DNA of 64,000 nucleotides from the NCBI GenBank assembly GCA_943373145.1, contig CALSBI010000010.1, forward strand, positions 137,379 to 201,378. The letters are read 5' to 3'. How positions within the stretch are numbered: the first letter of the stretch is position 1; each line of letters starts with the position of its first letter. Origin of the DNA: Chitinophaga pinensis. GTDB taxonomy: Bacteria > Bacteroidota > Bacteroidia > Chitinophagales > Chitinophagaceae. A program made the position numbers and the translations under genes. Positions 20,701-28,372 of the stretch are shown here, one piece after another. The notes beneath the pieces are model-generated. The model saw nothing but the letters and a program-made list of their open reading frames with translations, did not search any database and was not told the origin of the DNA.

Positions 20701-22854
20701 ATTTCTATCAAACCATACAAAATTACCCAAGTTCAAAGTGGTGGGTGTAAAGCCAGCATCAAAAGTATGGTTCCATGTACCGTTGGGTACATTTACATTT
20801 GTAATCACACCGCCGATAGGGTCACTATCTTTCGCATCATCGCCGCCTTGGTTGGCAGGAGAAGCGGTATAACCAGCAGGGGTAATAAATTCTATGTTAT
20901 AATTATTAGTACCGTATTCGGCTGGGTCGTAGAAGAAATAGTAACCGTTGGCACCCGTAGTAGTGGTGGCCAAAAGCGCACCTGCCGTATTGCGCAGGTT
21001 TACGGTTACACCCGCAATACCATTTTCACCTGGGTCTTGAACACCATTGGCATTGGCATCCAAGAAAACAAAGTCGCCCAAACCATTGGTTTTGAAGATA
21101 CCAAAATCGTAGGTGTTGTTGGTGTTGCCACCGCCTGTTTCGCCACCTGTACTCAATGTAATGGTACCGCCTTTAATGATGGCAGTCGTTGTATTTTGTG
21201 TAAGACCGTTGTTGTCGTTGTCAATGTCGTTATCGGGGTCGCCACCGTTAACCGTTGTTTTAAACATCCAAGTTGGCACACTTTCAATTTGTACAAAGTA
21301 TTTACCTGGCGCCAAATTGGTGAAATTGTAAAAGCCACCGCCAGCAGTTGTTTGTGTGGCCAGTGCTGCACCGTCTGCAATACCGTCATCATTATTGTCG
21401 GCGTACAACCTTACAACGGCACCATCATAACCAAAGTCACCAAGACCAGGTTCAAAAAGGCCATTATCGTTCCTGTCTATATATACTTGGTTGCCCAAGG
21501 ATACAGCGTTGTTAATAACAGTAAATGTAATCGTGGTATCGTGGCATTGTATGCCGGTAGCATCAGCGGCATAGAAAGTCTTCAAGTTTACACTATAGGT
21601 GCCGGGTGTATATGTCCAAGCACTGCCACCAGTACCAGGGCTGTTATAAGGAGCCGTATTTTCAATATTGCTGCTGGCTGTAGGGCCTGTAATGGTGTAC
21701 TTAACGCTACCCACGGTACCCGTAGTAGCAGCCTCAAAGTTGTACAAAGCACCCAGTTGGGTGGTAGTAAAGGTTGCTCCATTGGTGATGGGTAAATCGG
21801 TACCACCGTCCAACTTATTAAAGTACAAACTGGTTACACGGCCGGTACATACAGGTGCAGTAGCAGTTACGCACCACTGATCTGTTTTTATCCAATCGCC
21901 GCTACCGCTAAAGCCCACTTGTGTGTACTTGGCACCGGCAGGTACAGTAGCTGAAAATGCATAAAGTTGCGGACCCACCGGAGCCGCAGACAGTACTTTT
22001 TTCACCTCTACAGAAACTGAGGTACTGAGAAAATTCCAGTTGGCATCGAAGAAGTTGATAGAAACAGCGTGGTAAATGGTATTGTTGTGCGTACCAGCGT
22101 ACACTTTAGCATTTATCACTGTACCAACCGCCAAATCGGTACCGATGGTTTGCGATACCCAATTGCTGGCCGTATTGGTAATTTGGAAATCACCTGAAAA
22201 ACTACCACAGGCAACAGCACCGCCGCCAGCGCTCAAAGTACCACCGCTCCAGCTCCAGCCGGTTGTACCGCTTTCAAAACTTGGGTTGGTTACCAAGTTA
22301 CCTGGGCAGCTACAAGCTGTGACAGAAGCACAAGGCGTACCTGAAATATTAATAAAATGGTTAACCGAAGAAGTCCAAGTGTTACCCGCTGGCAAGTTAC
22401 AAGGGTTAACCCCGCTGCCATCAGATATCACCATACGGATTTCCAGCCCTTGCAAACCGCTACCGGGGTTGGTAAACACCAATGGGCCGGGGGTTGTGGT
22501 TAGGTTGTACACTGCGCCACTTACGTTGTAGCTGGTACCATTAATAGTATTGGCACCATTTACAAAACACACCCATGCGCCGGATGTGTTCTTCCATTGC
22601 CAACGGTAGTTGGAGGAAGTATTTACACTGCTCACCGTTGCGGTTACCGTGTACTGCGGGCCTGAACCACAAACCGCCGAATAACTATCGACGCTATGTG
22701 CAAAACCAATGGTGCAGAGTATCATGGCAAAAGCCAAAAGCAAAAACTTTTGGTAGGCCCTAGACAATACACCTAATGGCCCTTTGGGCTTCGTAAAGCA
22801 GGAAACCAAGCACGGTTCAATGGCTGCTTTTACTTTTGTAGAGGTTTGTTCCAT
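14710..22854 (-). CDS. giant secreted adhesin-like protein: CBM4_9-like N-domain, about 20 SdrD B-like (Cna-B type) repeats, Ig/PKD-like block, T9SS type-A C-terminal sorting domain
   Basis: The 2714-aa ORF has an NLVTNPSFESGTTGW carbohydrate-binding-type start. It has many units of the form GD.VW.D.N.NGIQD..E.G..GVTV.L. The C-terminus is VYPNPFIDKVNV...GSYMIQVSAGDAVLTKQLMK. Confidence 0.9.
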   Translation of the reverse strand: MEQTSTKVKAAIEPCLVSCFTKPKGPLGVLSRAYQKFLLLAFAMILCTIGFAHSVDSYSAVCGSGPQYTVTATVSSVNTSSNYRWQWKNTSGAWVCFVNGANTINGTSYNVSGAVYNLTTTPGPLVFTNPGSGLQGLEIRMVISDGSGVNPCNLPAGNTWTSSVNHFINISGTPCASVTACSCPGNLVTNPSFESGTTGWSWSGGTLSAGGGAVACGSFSGDFQITNTASNWVSQTIGTDLAVGTVINAKVYAGTHNNTIYHAVSINFFDANWNFLSTSVSVEVKKVLSAAPVGPQLYAFSATVPAGAKYTQVGFSGSGDWIKTDQWCVTATAPVCTGRVTSLYFNKLDGGTDLPITNGATFTTTQLGALYNFEAATTGTVGSVKYTITGPTASSNIENTAPYNSPGTGGSAWTYTPGTYSVNLKTFYAADATGIQCHDTTITFTVINNAVSLGNQVYIDRNDNGLFEPGLGDFGYDGAVVRLYADNNDDGIADGAALATQTTAGGGFYNFTNLAPGKYFVQIESVPTWMFKTTVNGGDPDNDIDNDNNGLTQNTTTAIIKGGTITLSTGGETGGGNTNNTYDFGIFKTNGLGDFVFLDANANGVQDPGENGIAGVTVNLRNTAGALLATTTTGANGYYFFYDPAEYGTNNYNIEFITPAGYTASPANQGGDDAKDSDPIGGVITNVNVPNGTWNHTFDAGFTPTTLNLGNFVWFDRNNNGTQDAGEPGIGAATVNLYRDANGDNAPDGASIATTTTNGSGAYGFGSLSAGNYIVGVVIPSGYAAAATTATSASPNNDNNTDNNGVTTVTGELRSNFITLSVGGEPTTDGDGNNGNLTLDFGLRGTGSIGDFVWNDTNGNGIQDPTETGISGATVTLTYPDGTTVNTTTNGTGGYLFSNLPPTGVGQSYTVTFTTPAGYTASPANQGGDDAKDSDPVSGVVSGITLTAGQSNLTIDAGFRTCPGAPTAPGASICAGSSTTLTATGVTGASFAWYSASTGGLLLSSTASYTTPTLTANATYYVQQTVAGCPASGRTAVTVTVNTPPTSGINGPSTICANEAALFTATGAGVGAVYNWTFASGTPATAIGSSATSTWSTPGEYAITLSVTLNGCTVNYNRTIVITQSVFAAAGPDKEICQGGNVTINGTGPTGANYTWTVVSGDPTSIDNGGNQANVLVSPLVTTVYRLTVTQNGCTRTDEVTVTTNVNNNPTANAGNNVTTCAGVAVLLGGNPTGTAPLTSPGAALGYSWSPSTGLNSSTISNPSLTLTTPGSYTYQVIVYTLATGCSDTATVQVTVQACLNLGNYVWFDRNNNGTQDAGEPGINNAAVNLYRDANGDNAPDGASIATTNTDLNGNYGFANLQQGNYIVGVVIPTGYAAAATTATSALPDNDNNTDNNGVTTVTGELRSNFITLSNSGEPTTDGDGNNGNLTLDFGLRGTGSIGDFVWKDLNGNGVQDPSEPGMPGAIVTLTYPGGATVTTTADANGAYLFSNLPPTGAGQSYSVSFTTPPGYTTSPANQGGDDAKDSDPVGGTVSGITLTAGENNTTIDAGFVPPVVGSIGDRVWNDTDRDGIQDPGEVGVAGVTVSLYNNAGGLVATTFTDALGNYLFSDLPVSVAGINYQVRFSLPAEFTFSPQNAAGSTAANNSDANITTGRTGNVTLTTANKDRTDIDAGIYYTIPARIGDFIWNDLDKDGVQDAGEPGIAGVTVTLYDNAGNPLRTTITDNNGYYQFTDVALGTYTIGLTPPVGYVLSGANTTNDDQDSDFDAATFRTAPFTVTAGTTDLSFDGGLNVTPPTRAAVGDKVWNDLNNNGLQDGSEPGVPGVTVQLYTYIGGVGTLIGTRTTDAFGNYMFNNLPAGDYYIRFTNLPAGYTLVAPNVGGAANGAIDSDVTGTFGAGTTQWFNLLADETRVTVDAGIRNTTALSSLGDFVWYDGNKNGIQDPSEAGVPGVTVTLYNAATGAVIKTLSTDANGRYLFTDLPNGTYAVGFSNLPSGYVFTGKDLTTDAADSDVDPSTGRTGVYTIAAPGTDLTVDAGIFATPNVNNAKATIGDKVWNDVNGNGVQDAGEPGVAGVTVTLYAGDGTTVIGTTTTDGAGNYIFTNLDAGNYVVGFSNLPAGFAFTTQNAGTDPTKDSNPNTGTGKTAPITLAAGEINLTIDAGIKGATVKSALGDRVWYDVNSNGIQDAGENGAAGVSVTLYNAAGTAIATTVTDANGAYLFADLDAGTYTVGFSNLPAGYTATTPNAAGSTAANNSDANIGSLRTGNIVLPAATTDLNWDLGIVSTTKAALGNYVWLDANNNGIQDATEKGAPGVTVTLYDASNNAIASAVTDATGFYMFNNLNAGTYTVGFSNLPVNTTFTTKASAGSTAANNSDVNVGTGRTDAVVLTAGQVRTDVDAGLISNFAAVGDYVWYDVDANGIQGANEPGVPGVTVNLINAATGAVVASAVTDGKGRYFINNIPVPAGGTSFIIEFKDLPVNTVGYTIKNAPGSNAANNSNANPASGRTDAFTLLPGQVDLTIDAGIITDGGGPLPVTFTKLSGVYNNGISKLNWATLSEQNFSHFEVEYSKDGVGFNHLGNVAGNGNSNNRIDYGFNHLQPVAGANYYRLKMVDRDGRYTYSNIVLLNVTIKGLVITAVYPNPFIDKVNVGITSAAAEKASIKLFDNAGKLVYSNEIMMQVGINTISINNLSKLAAGSYMIQVSAGDAVLTKQLMK

Positions 22855-23541
22855 TTTTATGTTTGTTTAACAATTTACGTTTTGGCACAGTTTTGGCAAT
22901 GATATTGCCGCAACCTATGCGGAATTGTCACAGTATAGCTACTGTTTTTACAAACGATAATGGATGGACATGCAGAAAGTGTTACACTTCTGATAAAGTA
23001 TTCAACAGATAAAGGTTCGGTTATTCGAGAGGATCTTTGTGGTTTAAGATAAGAGAATCACTGTTCAGATGTATTCATACTTGCATTCGTTGCATTGATA
23101 GCAAAAAATAACTATAAGCTCGTGGTTTAGACTAGTGATATTGTGCTGTTAGAGAGGTTTTGTCTTTTTTAGGGACAAGGCAGCAAAGCTACCTATTCTT
23201 TTCAATAAATGCAAAACTTGCCAAACAAATTTGCATTAATATATTCATAAAACTTTGTTGCCAATTAGGGTAGCTTGAACCCACTATTGGAGCTGAAAGG
23301 TTAGATTAGTGTGTAAGTAAGAAACTGTTAGGACTGTAAAAATACTTTCTTTCTTAACACTTCCAAATTTTTCAGCGCTTTTTTTAAAAAAATCCGGTCA
23401 TTCACATATTGGGCATTCAACAGCCCTGTCGTCCACCCCAAAGCGCTAGTACCAGCATAAAATTGGCCTTACCCCCAACCCAACCCTTCCCCTATCCTAT
23501 TTGGGACCTATATGCTAGCTAAGCACATTATTAAACCAAAC

Positions 23542-23568
23542 AAAAAGGTCCGGGGCAGGGCCCCGGAC
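23542..23568 (-). terminator. intrinsic terminator of the 741-aa adhesin gene
   Basis: The 9-bp GC stem gtccggggc-agg-gccccggac is followed on the minus strand by a T-run (ttttt). Confidence 0.75.
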
Positions 23569-23578
23569 ACCTATCATT

Positions 23579-25804
23579 TTACTTGATCATTTGAAAATTA
23601 AACCTGTTGTTGCTCTCCAATTCTGTCAACTGCACAATGTAAGTGCCTTTGGCCAAATTGCCCAAATTGTTGATGGTTAAACTGGATGTGCCGCGGCTTA
23701 CAGCAAATTCTTTGGCCAACAGTTTTTTGCCTGCCATGTCGAAGATGGCTACGCTCACTTTACCGTTGGCGGTAGCTGGATAGTTGATAGTAAGATAATC
23801 TGTAAATGGATTGGGACCGAATACGATATTGCTTACTTTACCCAGTTTTAGGTTGGCAATGCGTGAATAACCCACACGGCCATCCTTGTCAACCATTTTA
23901 ATACGATATATTACGTTGGCAGCGGTCATTTGCACACCATTGTCCGTAATGCGATAGTGGCCATCACCACCATTCTGTACCAAGCTGTACACTATTTGAA
24001 CCGATTCAAAATCTGTATTGTTATAACTTCTTTCCACTTCAAAGTAGCTGGTATTTACTTCGTTAATAGTTTGCCAGTTTACCTCTACCAAGTTGCCGTT
24101 TACTTTTGGCATCAGTACAATATCCTGCACCGGCAACAAGGTAACGGTTTGGTAACCCGCATCCATGGAAATATTGTTTTCGCCAGAAGCAATGGTTACG
24201 GTAGCAATGCCCGTGCTGGGGTGGGCCTTGCTGTTGATATGCATGTTGCTGCCCACATTTTGTGCCGCACGCAGCATGCCGCCAATAATGCCAAACTCCA
24301 ATGTGTAAGTGCCGGGCATTAAATTACTAAACAGGTATTCGCCATTGGTATTGGTAACGGTAGTGCCCACAATGGTACCGCTTGTGTTTTTCAGTACCAC
24401 AGCTTTGGCAGGCAAACCTGGTTCACCAGCATCTTGCAGGCCATTCTTATTGATATCGTGCCACACAAAATTGCTGATAGATCCCAGTTTGTAAAAGCCT
24501 GCGTCTAAACTGTAGTTCCATGTGCCATTGGGTACGTTTACGTTGGTGATGACACCGCCAATAGGATCGCTATCTTTGTTATCGTTACCACCTTGGTTAG
24601 GGGTAGACGCTGCATAACCGGCAGGCGTAACAAATTCGATATTATAATTGTTGGTGCCGTATTGGGCCGGGTCGTAGAAAGCATAGAAACCATTGGCATC
24701 TGTAGTAGTAGTTTCCAGCAGCGCACCACTTGTTGAGCGGAGATTAACCTTAACACCACTTAAACCACTATCGCTACCGTCTTGTATACCATTACCGTTT
24801 GCATCTAAAAATACATAGTCGCCCAAGCCATTGGTTTTGAAGATACCAAAATCGTAAGTGCCATTATAGTTGGTACTGCCAGGTTCGCCGCCAACCGTAA
24901 GGGCGATGGTTTGGCCTTTGATAATGGCAGTGGTTGTATTTTGAGAAGTGGCATTGTTATCGTGGTCAATATTGTTGTCGGGGTCGCCACCATTGTTGGA
25001 ACATTTGTACATCCATGAAGGCACGCCTTCCAATTGTACAAAATATTTACCGGGCGTTAAATTGGCGAAATAATACTGTCCGTCAGAAAAAGTAGTAGTG
25101 CTAGCTACGGCAGCACCATCGGCAACACCATTATCATCGTTATCGGCATATAACTTAACGTTCAACCCGTCGTACCCCCAATCATTGGCGTCTTTTTTAC
25201 CATTGCCATTGCGATCGATGTACACATTGTTGCCCAGCGCCACCGTATTGGCTGCGGCCTTGGTTACGCACCAGTTTTCGGCTTTAATCCAATCGCCATT
25301 ACCAGAAAAACTTGCTTGTGTATATTTGGCACCTACCGGCACAATGGCTGTCCATGTGTACTGCTTTGGGCCAGCGGGGGCAGCAGAAAGCACTTTGTTC
25401 ACTTCTACCCATGCATTTCCAATCCAGTTCCAGTTGGCATCAAAAAATTCAATGGCCACTTCATGCCAGTATGCATTGTTGTGTGTTCCTGCATATACTG
25501 ATGCATTCAATACCGTTCCTGCGGGCAAATCGGTACCGATGGTTTGAGATACCCAATTGCTGGAGGCATTGGTTATTTGAAAATCGCCAGAAAATGAGCC
25601 GCAAACTACCGCACCAGTGCCAGCGCTTAAAGTACCGCCAGAAAAACCCCAGCCGGTTGTACCGGTTTCAAAACTGGGGTTGGTTACCAAGTTGCCGGGA
25701 CATGTACATTGTGCGAAAGATTGCTGGGTAAATACTGCCAAAATTGACAATAAAGCGATCAGGCGGATAAAATGCACCCTAGAGGTAGTAGAGTTACGTT
25801 TCAT
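23579..25804 (-). CDS. secreted adhesin-like protein, short paralog of the 2714-aa gene (CBM-like domain, SdrD B-like repeats, T9SS type-A CTD)
   Basis: Its N-terminal ~400 aa are collinear with residues ~180-700 of the larger protein (CPGNLVTNPSFETGTTGW...GDWIKAENWCVT). The C-terminus is FGPNPFTDYLTINY...GTYIVQLTE...FQMIK. Confidence 0.9.
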   Translation of the reverse strand: MKRNSTTSRVHFIRLIALLSILAVFTQQSFAQCTCPGNLVTNPSFETGTTGWGFSGGTLSAGTGAVVCGSFSGDFQITNASSNWVSQTIGTDLPAGTVLNASVYAGTHNNAYWHEVAIEFFDANWNWIGNAWVEVNKVLSAAPAGPKQYTWTAIVPVGAKYTQASFSGNGDWIKAENWCVTKAAANTVALGNNVYIDRNGNGKKDANDWGYDGLNVKLYADNDDNGVADGAAVASTTTFSDGQYYFANLTPGKYFVQLEGVPSWMYKCSNNGGDPDNNIDHDNNATSQNTTTAIIKGQTIALTVGGEPGSTNYNGTYDFGIFKTNGLGDYVFLDANGNGIQDGSDSGLSGVKVNLRSTSGALLETTTTDANGFYAFYDPAQYGTNNYNIEFVTPAGYAASTPNQGGNDNKDSDPIGGVITNVNVPNGTWNYSLDAGFYKLGSISNFVWHDINKNGLQDAGEPGLPAKAVVLKNTSGTIVGTTVTNTNGEYLFSNLMPGTYTLEFGIIGGMLRAAQNVGSNMHINSKAHPSTGIATVTIASGENNISMDAGYQTVTLLPVQDIVLMPKVNGNLVEVNWQTINEVNTSYFEVERSYNNTDFESVQIVYSLVQNGGDGHYRITDNGVQMTAANVIYRIKMVDKDGRVGYSRIANLKLGKVSNIVFGPNPFTDYLTINYPATANGKVSVAIFDMAGKKLLAKEFAVSRGTSSLTINNLGNLAKGTYIVQLTELESNNRFNFQMIK

Positions 25805-26440
25805 TTTCTTTGTGGTTTAATTTTTTTTCTTTGAGATAAACGAGGATTTCCAAAGCAATCCTAATGCTTGTGAGGGAGATTCGTGTAGTAAGTAAGTATT
25901 TGTTCTTAGGAAAGCCGTATAATTACGTTAGGGATGGCAAAGATTAAATAAAAAAAAGATTCATGCAAGTTTTTACTCGATTTTATGCGGAAATTACTAT
26001 CGAGTATTTTTGCTTACAAATGTAATTGATTGATTTTCATCGACTTAAACCTTATCAAAAACAAAATAGAAAAATGAACGTAATTTTACGGTAACGGGCT
26101 TTTACTTTATAAATTATCACCTAAATAGCCAAATTGATAGATAAAATTTAACAAAATAGACATAATAGTAGATAGATTAAATAAAACGGTAATTTTTGAA
26201 AGTTTTTCAGAAAAAATGCGGTTTTCCAGCCCTTTTTGCGTGTTTTCCGCAATTTCGGGTCCCGGCGCCTGATGATTTTGGCCCTCAAAATGCACACTTA
26301 AACGATATTAAATTGTATTCATCCGACATTATTGACCATACAACGATTACTATTTACACCGTATGCGAAAACCCCAGAATGGGCTTTCAGGTCATTAAAG
26401 ATACCCCCAATCGGAGGTGCCCAGCTTGGGGCTATCATGT

Positions 26441-27130
26441 TTAGTGGGAATTTGCCAGGAATTTATTGGCTAATTTTAGGGCAATGGCGAGTTGTTCTTC
26501 AATGCTCAGGTTGGTATTGTCGATAACGATGGCATCGGAGGCCTTACGCAGGGGACTCACATCACGGTTGCTATCAATGTAGTCACGCATTTCCAGGTTG
26601 TTCTTTACTTCCTCTATGGTGATATTAGGGTTTTTCTCATACATCTCTTTAAAGCGGCGTTCCACCCTGGTGGCAATATCGGCCTCCATAAATATTTTCA
26701 GCTCGGCATCGGGAAATACGGTGGTGCCAATATCCCGCCCATCCATTACAATGCCCTTCCGCTCCCCCATTTTTTGCTGCTGGTCAACGGCAAAGGTCCT
26801 AACTTCTTTGATGGCGGCTACATCGCTCACTTTTTCGGCTATTACCAAATCACGGATCACATATTCCACGTTTTCGTCGTTGAGGTATATTTCCGACTGC
26901 TGCGACTTTTTGTTGTACTGAAACTCCAGGTTGATATTCTGTAGGGCTTCGTTTACTTCATCGGTATCCGTCCAATCAATATGGTTACGCAAAAAATAAA
27001 GCGTAATGGCCCTGTACATAGCGCCACTGTCAACATACACGTAGCCCATTTCTTTTGCTAGTTGCTTGGCCAGCGTGCTTTTTCCGCAACTGCTCCAGCC
27101 GTCGATGGTTATAATGATTTTTTTGTGCAT
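26441..27130 (-). CDS. cmk: (d)CMP kinase
   Basis: Diagnostic sequence: IITIDGWSSCGKSTLAKQLAKEMGYVYVDSGAMYRAITL. I chose the ATG at 27130. Confidence 0.9.
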   Translation of the reverse strand: MHKKIIITIDGWSSCGKSTLAKQLAKEMGYVYVDSGAMYRAITLYFLRNHIDWTDTDEVNEALQNINLEFQYNKKSQQSEIYLNDENVEYVIRDLVIAEKVSDVAAIKEVRTFAVDQQQKMGERKGIVMDGRDIGTTVFPDAELKIFMEADIATRVERRFKEMYEKNPNITIEEVKNNLEMRDYIDSNRDVSPLRKASDAIVIDNTNLSIEEQLAIALKLANKFLANSH

Positions 27131-27276
27131 GGATACACAAAAATCTATCAAAATAATTAGCGAAAAAAATTATTGAGGGAATAATTTTAAAATCACCCCA
27201 AATTTTGCTGCTAGGCTTAACCTAGTTTAACTAAAAGTTACCGCTACGGCCAAATAGCGACGACTGTTACAATACA

Positions 27277-27308
27277 AACCGGGATGAGACCTACATCCCA
27301 TCCCGGTT
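27277..27308 (-). terminator. hairpin downstream of the astacin gene (possible terminator)
   Basis: The arms aaccgggatg and catcccggtt form a 10-bp stem with a 12-nt loop. The T-run is weak. Confidence 0.4.
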
Positions 27309-27344
27309 AATTATATCGCTATTAGGTAAATGCCCCAATACTGT

Positions 27345-28187
27345 TTATGGATATTTTGACCTTACAATGGCAATATCATTGGCAGAAAGCGCCGAGCGCT
27401 GTGAGGAGAAAGTGGTTCCGTTTACCCTTACAATGGTAGGCTGCCCATTGGATGAAAAGGCATATGAATCGTACATCATAATGGAGCCAAAATCCAGCGT
27501 GCCATTGGCGGTGCAGCTAGAACATTTGGTAAAATTGTGCGAATAGCCCGATGTGATATTGGCCGTATTTACACGTACATAGGTATCCCTGTCGGTCCTT
27601 GTATGCTCGTGGTACATGCCCAACGCATGGCCAATTTCATGTATGCCATTGCCCGATGAGCAACCTGCCGCCAAGCTAAGATCCTGTGCGCCACCCACCA
27701 TACCAATGCTGGAGTAGCAGCCAGAACCTTTGATTACATTGATATAATTCGCTTGCGTAGTCCTTACCACAAAGTTGATACCCAGCTTATTTTTCCATTC
27801 GTTGGAAGCGGTAATAAATTTGTCCTTGGTGGCTTGGTCTAAACCCGTAGCAAATTTGTAGTATACAGTTTTGTTGGGCCAGTAACGGGTGGTAAGTGTG
27901 GTAATAGTGCCTTCGGTAGAAGGTATTTTGCCCAATTGTTGGTCGGTGAGCAAAATGTCGCCTTCCAATACATTCAGGCCATCCACACGGGTGTAGGTAA
28001 ATTCACGGCCATCAAAGCCGCCGTTTTCAAGTACCCCTACTTGGCCATTGGGCGATACATACTTTTCGGTAAGGCATTCCCTGCATCCATCTGATGCTTG
28101 GTCTGTAATGGCTTCACTGTTTTGTTTTTTACAACCAAACAATACAGCTACCAAGGCGGTTGCGAGCAAGAATTTGTTTCTTTTCAT
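27345..28187 (-). CDS. astacin-family (M12A) zinc metalloprotease, lipoprotein
   Basis: It has the extended zinc motif HEIGHALGMYHEHTRTDRD, a Met-turn-like SIMMY, and a lipobox (VLFGC). Confidence 0.85.
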   Translation of the reverse strand: MKRNKFLLATALVAVLFGCKKQNSEAITDQASDGCRECLTEKYVSPNGQVGVLENGGFDGREFTYTRVDGLNVLEGDILLTDQQLGKIPSTEGTITTLTTRYWPNKTVYYKFATGLDQATKDKFITASNEWKNKLGINFVVRTTQANYINVIKGSGCYSSIGMVGGAQDLSLAAGCSSGNGIHEIGHALGMYHEHTRTDRDTYVRVNTANITSGYSHNFTKCSSCTANGTLDFGSIMMYDSYAFSSNGQPTIVRVNGTTFSSQRSALSANDIAIVRSKYP

Positions 28188-28318
28188 GTTAAATGTTTTT
28201 TATACTGTTAAAGAAGGTCAAGTTATACTTAATAAAAAACATTAAACATACTATGGGTACATTATGCGGCCATGCTTAGTACATTTTCGGTTGCTGGGTT
28301 GTTAGCAATGGTATGGGA

Positions 28319-28350
28319 CAAAAAAAACGCTTGGGCAATGCCCAAGCGTT
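28319..28350 (-). terminator. intrinsic terminator of clpC
   Basis: The hairpin aacgcttgggc-aat-gcccaagcgtt is followed on the minus strand by tttttttt. Confidence 0.8.
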
Positions 28351-28372
28351 ACTTATATAATAGTAAGATGGA

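Noticed and set aside
18200-20745. Near-identical ~750-bp blocks considered as the template and variable repeats of a diversity-generating retroelement.
   Set aside because: No reverse transcriptase or accessory gene is in the window. The differences between copies are not confined to adenine positions as far as I can see by eye. The blocks are whole SdrD-B domain sets, which fits ordinary duplication.
15061-22531. Many plus-strand ORFs (for example 17032..18096 of 354 aa, 20767..21795 of 342 aa, 15061..15696, 16303..16764) lie inside the 2714-aa gene region.
   Set aside because: They lie antisense to, or out of frame with, a long coherent domain-repeat ORF. Their composition is Cys/Arg/Ile-rich with no motifs. 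They are shadow ORFs created by the repetitive GGT/ACC-rich coding sequence.
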